A stretch of DNA of 53,067 nucleotides from Welwitschia mirabilis (taxonomy: Eukaryota). The stretch lies in the NCBI GenBank assembly GCA_051453625.1, contig JBOZIK010000001.1:17012877-17065943 (forward strand), given 5' to 3'. Every line of letters starts with the position of its first letter. The stretch's first letter is position 1. Both the position numbers and the translations under genes were made by a program. A model generated the notes under the pieces. The model was not told the origin of the DNA, did not search any database, and saw only the letters and a list, made by a program, of their open reading frames with translations. Below, in pieces: positions 1-11,226 of the stretch.

Positions 1-1786
1 ACCATTTATAAGTTAACCTGTTGTGTAGGATGTGTACTCGAGTGTTATACAACAAGACAAATTGGTCAGGTTTAAACTATTTATGAATAATCTTTTTATC
101 ATGTTGAAACTTGGCTTAAGTCTTGTGAATAAGTTATCAATGTAGGGCATAAGTAAATTTTTCATCAAAATGGTTAAGTTGTGCTAAGAGAATTTTAACA
201 TTTTTATTAAGATCAGTAAGGTTGATGGCTGAAATGATAAGAATTATAATAAACATCAACTAGTAACACACATACTTTACCGTACACAAGTTCATAGGGT
301 GTGAAAGTATGAGAGTTATGCCAAGTAGTACAATAAGGCCAAAAAACGTCATTACATTTAGAGGACCAAGCTTTCTTATTAACTAAAACTAATTTTTAAA
401 GCATTTCTTGATCTCTCTATTTCTATTTTAAGCTAGACCATCAGTTTGAAGGTAATAAGTACAAGCAACTTTATATTCAACACCAATGAATAGAAGAAAT
501 TTTTAAAAGAAGTGATTGATGAAATGAGTATCTTGATCATTTATGATAATACATGAAAATCCAAATCATTGAAATATATGAGTTCTGAAAAAGTTATAAA
601 CAGTTCAGGCATCATTTTTGGAGGTAGAAGCAGCTTTAACACACTTGGTAACATAGTCCATAGTGACTAAAATATAAATTTTCTTGTTGATAGGTGGAAG
701 AATTAGGCCTACAAAGTTAATTCCCTAATAATCAAAGGGTTCAAATTCACGTATAGGTTTTAGGAATATATCATGAGAACGAGTGAGGCTACCATAACAT
801 TGACAAGCATTACACATTCAAGAAAAGTTAAATGAATCTTTAAAAAGTGTTTGTCAATAAAATCTAGAGTGAAGAATTTCCTGGTAGTCTTTTGACCACT
901 AAAGTATCCCCCACAAACTCCACCATGAAAAAGAGTTAAAATTTTCAAAGTTTCCCATTCAAGCACACATTTACGCATAATTTAATCTATGCAATATCTA
1001 TAAAGATATGGCTTATTCCACTCATAATCACTGATCCTATGGAGGAAATTTTTTTATTGATTGTGATTCCAATGCTAAGGGGTTTTTATAGTCACTAGAT
1101 AATTAACAATGTTAGCATATCAAGGAGTGGGGTGAGAAGAAGATATAGCATATAATTGTAAAATTGCAAAGAGTAACTCATCAGGAAAAGAATCATCAAT
1201 AATATTTTCATTAATGGAGCAAGTAAGATAAGAAAGATGGTCAGCCATACTATTATTTTTTCTAGCCTTATCAATTATGGTAAGATTAAACTCTTGCATT
1301 AAAAGGATCCATCTAATAAGTTTGGAACTAGAATATTTCTTTGTCATGAGATAACAAATGGCTATGTGGTCTATGTAGACATTGATCTAGAACTCGAGGA
1401 GATAGTGTCGAAGATGGTTTAAGTAAAAAATAATAGCAAGAATTTCTATCTTGGTGGTAGTATAGTTAGTTTGGATAGTTGTCAATGTTTGCTAAGATAA
1501 GATATGACTTTGAACCCATTCTAATATTTTTGACTAAAAACCCCCCCTACAACAACATTGTTTGCATCACACATAAGTTTAAAGTCTTTGTTTTAATCAG
1601 AACTTGTAATAATAGGTTTAGAAGAGATTTTTCCTTTAAGAGTTTTAAAAGCAAGTTGGCATGACTCCACCTATTCAAATTTAACATCTTTGTTAAGAAG
1701 AGATTAAAGAGGTTTATAAGTTTTAGCATAGTTATGGATGAACTGATGATAAAAACCCACATGTCCAAGAAAAGATTTAACTTGTT
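1..1786 (-). pseudogene. RNase H-integrase remnant (Athila type)
   Basis: ORF fragments 'VKSFLGHVGFYHQFI', 'KLIRWILLMQEFNLTIIDK...DHLS' and 'LFHGGVCGGYFSGQKTTRK' (zinc-finger region). Integrase core-like sequence at about 250-750. Many stops and frameshifts. Confidence 0.88.
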
Positions 1787-1886
1787 NNNNNNNNNNNNNN
1801 NNNNNNNNNNNNNNNNNNNNNNNNNNNNNNNNNNNNNNNNNNNNNNNNNNNNNNNNNNNNNNNNNNNNNNNNNNNNNNNNNNNNNN

Positions 1887-2786
1887 TTTAAGATTTCCCA
1901 TTCAGACAAACATTTATGCATACTTTAATCATTGAAATGTCGATAAAGATGTGGCTCATTCCACTCATAATCATTAATCCTATAGAGGAAAGTTTTTCGT
2001 TAGTTGTGATTCCAATGCTGAGGGGTTTTCATAGTCACTAGATAATTCATGATGTCAGCATATCAAGGAGCAAGGTGAGAAGAAGAGATAGCATATAATT
2101 ATAAAATTACAAAAAGTTATTCATCGGGAAAGGAGTCATCAATAGGAGTTTCATCAATGGAGCAAGTAAGAAGAGAAAGATGGTCAGCCATGCTATTATG
2201 TTTTCCAGCCTTATCAATTATGGTAAGATTTAATTATTGCATTAGAAGGATCCATCTAATAAGTTTGGCATAAGAATAGTTTTTTGTCATAAGGTAACAA
2301 ATGGCTGCATGGTCTGTGTAGACATTGATGTGAAAACCGAGGAGATAGTATTGAAGATGATCCAAACAAAAAAATAATTGCAAGCATTTCTCTCTCAGTA
2401 GTAGTGTAGTTAGTTTGGGCAGTTGTCAATGTTTTGCTAAGGTAAGATATACCTTTGTACCCATTCTTATATTTTTAATCGACCCCCTCTCCTACAGTAA
2501 TGTTGCTTGCATCACAAATAAGTTCAATGTCTTTGTTCCAATCAGGACCCGTGACAATAGGTTTGAAAGAAATTTTACCTTTAAGAGTTTAAAAAGTAAG
2601 TTGGCATGACTCTGACCATTCGAATTTAACATCTTTTTCAAGAAGAGAGTGATGAGGTTTATAAGTTTTAGCATAATCATGAATGAATCGATGGTAGAAA
2701 CCAGCATGTCCAAGAAAGGATCTAACTTGTTTGACATTTGTTAGAGGGTTAAGAACTTTAATGATGTCTACTTTTATGGGGTTCAT
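1887..2786 (-). pseudogene. RNase H and start of integrase, element A
   Basis: 'NVKQVRSFLGHAGFYHRFIHDYAK', 'KNFELICDASN' and NYTTTEREMLAI-like segments. Confidence 0.9.
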
Positions 2787-2787
2787 T

Positions 2788-3470
2788 CTAATCCCTTCTA
2801 CTAAAATGTGGTAACCTAAAACAATTCCATGTTGAAAGAGAAAAAAAACTCTTTTTCCAACTTAAGTGTAATCCAATTTTAATACATCTATCAAGGACTT
2901 TTTCTAATCTTAGCGTAGTTTGTCTAAAAGTATCATCAAAGATGGAAAAATAATCCATGAATATTTCTATGGAGTCTTCTATCATATTAGAAAATATTCC
3001 TATCATGGCTCATTGGAAAGTTTCAAGGGCATTGCAAAGTTCAAAAGGCATTTGTTTAAAAGAAAAGGTTCCAAAGGGAGATGTAAAGGTAGTTTTAGCT
3101 TGATCTTCACTTGCTATGCAAATTTGGTTATAGCCACTATACCCATCAAGAAAACAATAGTAAGAATGACCTTGGATCCTATCAAGAACTTGATCTAGAA
3201 AGGGTAAAGGATAATGATCCTTTTTGGTGACCTCATTGAGTTTCCTAAAATCAATGGACATTCTCCATTTTCCTCTTTTCTTTAGCACTACTATTAAAGG
3301 ACTGACCCACTCACCATCAGTAATGGCATAAATAATCCTAGCATTCATAAGCTTAATGATTTCATCTTCAACAATTTGTTTAAGGATAGGATTAAGTCTT
3401 CTTTTGGGTTATCTAATAGGTTTGACATTGTCCTCAAAATAAATTTTATGTTGGACTATAGAAAGAGGAA
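2788..3470 (-). pseudogene. Reverse transcriptase remnant, element A
   Basis: 'EWVSPLIVVLKK..KWRMSIDFRKLNEVTKKDHYPLPFLDQVLDRIQGHSYYCFLDGYSGYNQI...MPFELCNALETFQ' and 'IEIFMDYFSI' (decayed FMDD motif). Confidence 0.95.
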
Positions 3471-3869
3471 TGACATCTAAGCCTTTATGTATCCAAGTAA
3501 AGGAATTTTTCTTTAATTTCAAAAGGGAGATCAAATCTGATTATTGGTTATGCATGAGAAGATCACTGATTATCAGTAGTTTCATTTTATTCTCATATAG
3601 AAAGATGTATTTTAGACCATTGGGTAATTGCTTAAGTTCATGCATGTTAAGTTGGTTTGTCGTTTCCTTGATCATGGGACAACGTACATGGGACAACAAC
3701 CTTTAAAAATTTTTTCTATCAAATAAAGATGTTGGGATTCTTCCTCATTCTTGATGACTTTGTTTTTAGATTAAAAATAGTCTAATTTGGTTGGATCATC
3801 ATACAAAGTTGGTTCCTATAGCATAATTAATCTCTATTCTATGGGTCGATGCTGTAGGAATAAAGTTAG

Positions 3870-4270
3870 TCTCAACTTATATTCAATGTTAAAATCAATA
3901 CTAATATCTTTTCGATAGTATCAAAGATCCTAATGGTAATTTCTTTGTTGTCAAAGTGATATCTCATCATTCTAGATTGGGTGTCAATGATACAATGAGC
4001 TGTAGCACAAAAAGCCCTTTCTAAAAATAGGGGATACCCTTTATCATGCTCTATTTCAAGTATAACCACATCGATGGGATAAAAATCTTTCTCAATCTAG
4101 ATGACTAAATCCTTGATAATTCTTAATGATTTCTTAATTGAGGTATTAGCTAATTCTAGAATAATAGGTGTTGGTTCAATTCTATTTTCTAATCTAAGTC
4201 TTTTACAAATATGAAAAGGCATAATGTTTACACTTGCACCTATGTCCAAATCCTCTTGTTTCCTTCTAAA
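3870..4270 (-). pseudogene. Aspartic protease remnant, element A
   Basis: Minus-strand LDIGASVNIMP near 4218-4250, followed by 'VILEIEHDKGYPLFLERAFCATAHCIID'. Confidence 0.85.
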
Positions 4271-6228
4271 GTAATGCCAATGGTTGCATCTCTAGGATCC
4301 TTGAATTTGGGACATTTCTTCATCACTAAGTTGGAAAGAGATTGGGTAAGAAATACTTTACTTGAAATGATATGTTTTTACTTTCTTCTCACTAATTCCT
4401 TCCATAACTTAGAATATGTGGGGTTTTCTTGCAAGAGTTTCTAAAAAGAAAGGTTAATGTTGAATTCTTGCATCAAGACTCTTAGATGTTCATCAAAAGT
4501 AGGATTTGTGTTTAATCTATCAAGCCAGGGAGCTGATGGTTTATTTCATTTGTCCTCTTTTGAGTTATGTTTGGTAGAGGTTCTAAGAGATGAGTTGGAA
4601 GGAAGGTTATACAAATCTAGAATTTTTACATCATCTTCCCCAATTGCTTCATCATGTTTATAAGTTGGAACCTCATGGGTAGGAGGTGTTGTATCTTTCC
4701 CACTTCTAGTTACAATATTTAAATCTCTCCTAACTTTATTTAGATTGGGCATTGGTTGGGAAGTAAGATACCCTTGTGGTCATTAGTTAGCAAGCATTGT
4801 TTGTTGAAGTATGTTTACTAAGTTCTTAATGTTGTTGTTGGTATTCTCTTATAACTTTTTCATTTCTTCAATGGATTCTCTAAGGGGATCATTTAGACTT
4901 TGTTAAGAATATGGTTGGAAGTTGGAATTTTTAAATCTATTATCAAATGATTTCCATTGGGGTTGCCCAATTGGTCTTTGTTGAAATGGTATTTGACTCC
5001 TAAAGTTAGAAGTTATTTAGTTGAAAGCACAAACCTCTTTAAACATTTTTTCCTTGTAATTTGGTAATAAAGGACACTCTTTTGTTGAATGAGATTCATC
5101 TTCACAAAGTTCACAACTAGATGTTGAGGGATCATTCTTAACAAATTTTGCATCAACTATCATCTGTGTATATTTCTCTAGAGTGGTAGTGAAATCTTTC
5201 ATTAAGTTAGTTGAATCCTCTCTTTCTTCTTTCCTTTCCTATTTCACCTCCTTTAAATCTTTTAAAATTTGTCCTACAGTTTGATTTTCCTTAGTGGATT
5301 TAGGCCAAGTTTGACTAATATCTACTAAATTTTCTAGCACATCCCAAGCATCCTCTAAGCTTAAATTCAACAAATTTCCCCACAAGAAAAATCCACAAGT
5401 TACTTAGTTGAAGTATTCAATCCACTATAAAAATAATCTACTAGTTCTTCCTTATGAAATTTGTTAATAGGGTTGGAATGACTAGCTACTATAGAATGTT
5501 CATAAGTAGTTGCATAATCTTTATGAGGTTATTGTTGAAAGATGGTGACTTCTTTTCTTCTCTTCCTCATAGTACTTTCATCAAAAATTATTTGATGAAA
5601 ACTTCTTGCACTTGACTTTATGACTTAATACTTTTATGCGGAATAGTTTTTAGCCAAATTTTCATCCTACCTCTAAGGATAATTGGAAAAATATTCACGT
5701 AGGTATGATTACTAATACATTTTTTTCTATTTCCCGATGTAAGCAAAAGTTGTTCTATATCGACTAGATGTTGGAAGGGATCTTCTTCCAGTTCTCCCAA
5801 AAAGATTGGGTATGCACTTAAATTTCTTAATTTTATATCGTCGCAAGGAGGTAAATAGAAAGGGTTTTGAATTTCATGTTTCTTACTAGCACTTAAATCT
5901 AAGCATAACATTCACATTCAAAGAAAAAGTTCCTAGTGTGATTGAAGCATTAAAAGAATTTACCTACTTTTGCATTTGCAATGATTTTGATATATTTAAC
6001 ATTTTTAAAGAAACAACACAATCGCCTTCTACAATATACTTTTCATTTATGAATTTAAACTCTAAAATAAGAAATGTAGAAAAATCTTCTTCTTCAATTT
6101 TGAGAATTTGCATACCTTGGGTGTGCGTACCTAGATTTAACTTGAAGTCTATTAATCCTTTCTTGATATTTTCTTTGATTAGGTTTCGTTCTCTCTGATA
6201 TTTCATCTTCTTACCGATATTAATCATG
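4271..6228 (-). pseudogene. gag remnant, element A
   Basis: 'YPIFLGELEEDPFQHL...IFPIILRGRMKIWLKTIP', a CX2CX4HX4C knuckle 'CELCEDESHSTKEC' and 'PN..IVTRSGK', all typical of Athila gag. Confidence 0.88.
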
Positions 6229-6846
6229 TCCCTACATATTTCAATAACTAACAGAACATAAAAATTAAAAATCATAGACCGTCGTCCATCTTGTCATGGG
6301 GACGAAAGGCAGGACGATGGTTACAGGAAAAAAAATGAAATTTACAGAAACCCAAAAACATAGCGAATTGTCATCCAGATACGTCATTCAGATGATAGAA
6401 AGGACAACTACAAATTTACTATAGGGAAAAAAATTCTAGAATGTGGGAAATTTATGTACTAAAAGAAAAAAGGAATATCATCCTTAATATCATGTGGATA
6501 ACATATGAGATGATGAAGGAATAAAGAAGAATGCAAAACCTAAAATTTCTAGGAATAAAACTTATGTGGGAAAAAACACAGACTATCATTCACTCGTAAC
6601 ATTGGGATGATAGATGAGATGATATAATGTAGAAAAAATAGATTGTCATCCTCTAACATTATGGAGATGACAAAAACAGAGATAATAAAATAAATAGAAA
6701 ATGCAGAACTAAGATTGCAAAAAATAAAATCTACTTTAACCTAAACCAAGAAAAATACAGCACTAATTCAAAATAGATAAGCTGAATAGAAAGTTTTAAG
6801 GTACTTATCTTTGATTAGTGATACTTCTCTTAGCTCCTTGCAGCCT

Positions 6847-6864
6847 TTCTGAATAATAATGCCA
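6847..6864 (-). promoter_or_regulatory. Degenerate primer-binding site (Athila tRNA-Asp type), element A
   Basis: Reverse complement TGGCATTATTATTCAGAA(AGGC) lies 3 nt from the LTR end and resembles TGGCGCCGTTGCCGGGGA eroded mainly by transitions. Same context as the PBS of B and C. Confidence 0.65.
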
Positions 6865-6867
6865 AAA

Positions 6868-8211
6868 TGTTGTGGTGTAAATTCTTGTGATCTAGAAGTC
6901 CTTAGATAAACCTTAGTTTATATAAATCATAGAAATGACACTCTAGTATAGATGGGAGTTCACCTGAATGTCATAATCCAATGAAGGAACTAGGCTTAGA
7001 GTTAGAAAAATGATTTTCACTACTACATTCTACTTTTATTTTATCTTTATAGAAAAACTGAATAACGTAATGTGAGTAATGAAATGCTATTAAATCAAAA
7101 TGCAAATGCAAAGGAAATGGCAATGAAAATATAATGGAAGTGTATCTTACATAGACTTTAGTCTTTGTATCATAAAACTACTTCTCTATAACTTATATCA
7201 AAGAGAAAGAGTGTTTACTAGTTCCTAATCAATATGAATTATGAGATCTGAGATCTACTCACATATGACTTGAATACAATATGAAAAAAGAAGAAACAAT
7301 GTAAATCTACTCTTAAATGAGATTAACTTTAATAAAAATTGCCCTTAATATCTAAGTAAATCTAAGAGTGCTACAACTAAGATCAACTTGAATAATAAGG
7401 GACATGCACAATAATGAGAAGAAATGAAATTGTATTACTAAATCATAACATCCACTTAAAAGACTAGAACAAAAATGTCTCAATGAGAGGGACACAGCTT
7501 GACACCAAGGAGACTTCTTTTTGCAGTATGGGATGGACCTTTTGCCTTCAAGCTTCTATCACAAGTATGGAGAAGAAAAGATGGAAAAAGGAAATAAATG
7601 GGGAGAAGGGTATTTATAGATTTCTGAGTGAGGAAATAGGTGGCCAAACCCTCAAAGTGGAAAAAGAAACCCTAACAACCCGTGTGGCCCGTTGGTACTT
7701 GTTATAAGGCAAAAACAGTTGTCACCCTATATGTCGTCCACACAACATAGGAGACGACGTCGTTTTAGCAGCTTGGATTATGTGCCTTGCACCTTGGATT
7801 ATTTACGCTGTGCCACCATTAGTCCTATGATCATTATCTTCTATGTCATCTGGACGAATAGGCAAATAATTCCTTCTTGATGTATGTATTAGATGCTATG
7901 GTTGACGCTTTAGGTTTTTCTCCATGTCAGCAGTCTTGTCATCCTACATGTTGTGGGGATGATACTGGGAACAATAGTCTTCTTTTCATCTTTTTCCAAG
8001 GTGAATCAATCTTTGCATAATTCCAACCTTCTTCTAATCCTGCAATATCAGAATAAGCTCAAGAAGCTGCTAAAAATGCTAGATATTACATGTTTTGGTA
8101 ATCATCCTATTAATCCTTCATAATCATTAGTATTGCATCAAAACCTGTATAAATGCCCTATAGAAATACTCAAAATACACCATTAAATTTCTACAAATTA
8201 GCATCGCAAAC
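6868..8211 (-). repeat. 5' LTR of element A
   Basis: On the minus strand it starts (g)tttgcgatgc, similar to the solo-LTR start TGTTGCGATCC, and ends CCACAACA next to the PBS. TATA-like CTATAAATA at about 7611-7619. Confidence 0.75.
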
Positions 8212-10938
8212 TAATTATCATGTAAAGTCATCCAAAGGTTAACCATCATTTTTGTAGTTAATACTAGTATGAATCTATTTAACAAGATCTAAAATATTCT
8301 TTTAATATTAAAGTTATGACAAATTTTAAGAAGAGATAAAATAGGTTTGACAAGTTGTGAGTGAATTCAAATTCCAAAGGGATCTTAGTTACATATACTA
8401 CTAAAAGAAATCTATCCTTCACATAAAGATATCTTATCAAAATCCAAAAAGGAGATAAGAAAAAATGAAGATCATTGTATAGTTATAGGAAAAAGGATCT
8501 TTCTCTCATCCATAGTTTTAAGTGATCTATTAAAGTTTAATGCAAGAAAAGGATCATAATGAAGAGGTATAGTTATAATAACAGGGAATCTTTCAATAAT
8601 TTAAGTGATCTATCCATATCATAAATAAAGCTAAGAATCTCCCCTAAATGATTGAAATCCTATGCACATGAAAGAAAAATGATAGTAATCTAGTAAAATT
8701 TCTTAATGTGTATGACATAAATTTTACAAAGGCATCTAGATTTAAGCTAAGATTTGTTAGTTTTAGATCTACTCCCAAATCGGGTAATGATCATATCCTC
8801 TCTTAGGGGAGTACCCTTATCTCCATCAAAAGTAAAAATACAAAATGTAAGTCAGCTCAGTAGGGTGTCTAAGTAATTGGCTAGTTTTAGTTACCTTAGT
8901 TATATGCCCTCTTTAAGAAAGAGTACCATGTAATGTTGATAATTTACTTATACCTTAGACTTAGCAAATTTTAAAATTAATTACAATTATACCTCCCTAT
9001 TGACTTGGTAATAAAATCTAAATAGATCCTATCATTGTGCCTTCAAACTTCATCCAATATACCTTTGATTACTAAGATGTACATGGGAATTTAAATCTTA
9101 AGACACCTAGGAAATTTCTGTTTAAGAGAGCCCTGACTCTCTATATAAATCAAACTTCATAGTTAAGATAGTTAAAGACTATACAATAACTTAAAAGATT
9201 AGTTTAGCTTAACACAGATTTCTATCTATATAAGGCTCCTCATGTCCATCACGAATCAAGACTTATTACCACTAAATTCATTTAGTATTTAAGATAAATT
9301 ATGATTTTTCTTTTTAAATCCTTATACATAATTTTAAACTTAAAAAGATTAAGTGCATTAAAAAAGTAAGAGAAAAACCAAAAGATACACAAAAACATAC
9401 ACAAAAATAGGGTTTGGTTTGGTATAGTTAAGCTAAGTAGATCTTGCTCAACATCATAACTTGTGTTACTCTATCTAAATCATAAAATTAAATCTTAAGT
9501 GGTTGAAAAAAAAATAAAATCAAGTGGACCTTATTCCATATTTGAAACTTAACTTGATGAGAAAAAGGGAAAAAAGATAAATGTTAAGGCCCTCTAATGA
9601 TTTAAAAAATGCCTAAAACCCTTAAAAAAGCATTGACAAAGGCTCAAAAGAGTGATTTTTGAGCTTATAAAAGTAAGAAATGCCCAAAAAACTCAAAAAA
9701 CATTTTAAAAAGTTAAAAAACTAATGCTAAAAATCCCCTATGTGTGAAAAATTAGAATAATGGCTAAGCAATAGCTTGGCTAAATACATGTGCATCAAAT
9801 ACAAAATGGCTTGCATGAAAGTACATGTGCACAGAACCAGAAAAATGAGCACAAAAATTTAATTAAGAAAATGATTTCTTTTAACTATGCCTAGAATCAA
9901 ATCTAGATCTATCACATAATATAAAAGAACTTTTGCCACTATGTGAATCCACTATTGGTGTTAAAACTATGAAGTAAAAATATTGAAATATGATTAATGG
10001 TTGTACTAGATGCATAAAAGTAGGCTGTGTGGAGGAGTTATAGTGAGAACATCCTTTATTTCTAGATTTTATCAAACTTTAGACTAGGAAAATCAATTTG
10101 AAACTTTCTAACTTTGAAAATCTTGTGAAATAGCATCAAATAAAAGAACTCATAGTCACTTTTGAGGGAAAAAATTCAAATGACATTAGCCATTACAAAA
10201 ACTCATGTCTAAGTGCAAAAGAGGTAGGTTGAGGAAAATAACAAGATGAAAACATAGACTTCATGAGAAAGGCACTATAGCATGGTAGAGAAGTGGTTAT
10301 AATAGGGTGGCGTGACAATCAAACTACAAGCTTGCATAGTGGGTGACTGATAAAGATGAAGCATGGAACTATAGGTAGTAAACTATAGTAAGTAGATGAG
10401 TAAGAGACATAATGAGTGAACTGGTGGCAGGTACTAGCAAGTATGTAGGTGATTTATACAAGTATAAGCATAAGCATAATGATACATGTGGTCATAGAGA
10501 AGAAGATGGCTTAATAACATAATATTTCAAAGAAATTAACCAATGCATAATGAAGTGATTCATGAAGACATTGCCTTTGTAATCCACTAAAACTCTCAAA
10601 GATGATGAGATGAAGATTACACATAGATGAGAAGTGTGGAGGATCCTTGCAACATGTGAGCATCCTGTGCTATAGTTGACAAGAAAATGGCAGTAAGTGA
10701 TACATCAAAAACACATTCAAGCTCATTTATGGTCTTAATATAGATTTCTTAATAGTCCAACAAATGGTCAATAGTGCTATTGATGTTTTACTACAATATA
10801 AACATAGATATAGCATTATAATAATTGTAGAGGAAACTTTGCAAACCAAACCTACAAAGCTAGGCAAAACTATACTTTTTTAAAAGAAATGAAATATTTG
10901 AAAAACTACAAAGCTACAAATATGAGTGTTCTTACTAC

Positions 10939-10945
<7 letters not shown>

Positions 10946-10977
<32 letters not shown>
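10946..10977. repeat. (TA)n microsatellite
   Basis: Uninterrupted TA run. Confidence 0.95.
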
Positions 10978-10979
<2 letters not shown>

Positions 10980-11212
10980 GTAAAGAACATAAGATATACT
11001 AAAAAATTACAAAAATAGGAGTATATTTAGGGAAAAACCCTAGAGTCAAGCATGTAAAAAGAACATGCAAGAGCATTAAAAAGATACATGTAGTGAATGA
11101 TAACCAGAAGTTCTTAAGGAGATAACACAAGAAGACATGCAAGCATAAGAAATTTAAAGAATCTCAACAATGGACAATAAACTCTAAGAGTCTTAGGAAC
11201 CCTAGCCTAGAT

Positions 11213-11224
11213 GCTTTAATATAA
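11213..11224 (-). promoter_or_regulatory. Degenerate tRNA-iMet PBS, element E copy 1
   Basis: gctttaatataa aligns with gctccaatacca at 14841 and with canonical GCTCTGATACCA. Followed by the LTR edge tattggga. Confidence 0.55.
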
Positions 11225-11226
11225 CT

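Larger units (their letters stand above)
1..8211 (-). mobile_element. Element A: decayed Athila-type Ty3/gypsy LTR retrotransposon (5' LTR, PBS, gag-AP-RT-RH-INT; 3' end outside the window)
   Basis: Minus-strand domain order gag, protease, RT, RNase H, integrase (gypsy order). Degenerate Asp-type PBS next to an LTR ending ...CCACAACA. The part at 1-1786 may come from a paralogous copy joined across a gap. Confidence 0.9.
8212..11226 (-). mobile_element. Internal/leader region of old LTR element E (superfamily unassigned), interrupted by A
   Basis: Lies downstream (minus strand) of a Met-type PBS at 11213-11224. No recognisable protein domain. Confidence 0.5.

Noticed and set aside
1479..6198. 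Plus-strand ORFs of 60-90 aa over element A
   Set aside because: They are antisense shadows of the minus-strand gag-pol, with no independent protein features.
6278..6687. CRISPR-like reading of the spaced palindromic repeats
   Set aside because: Units are degenerate and irregularly spaced, lie in a retrotransposon leader, and there are no cas genes.
7483..7880. Short ORFs inside A's LTR
   Set aside because: They lie in LTR sequence with no recognisable motif and are probably chance.
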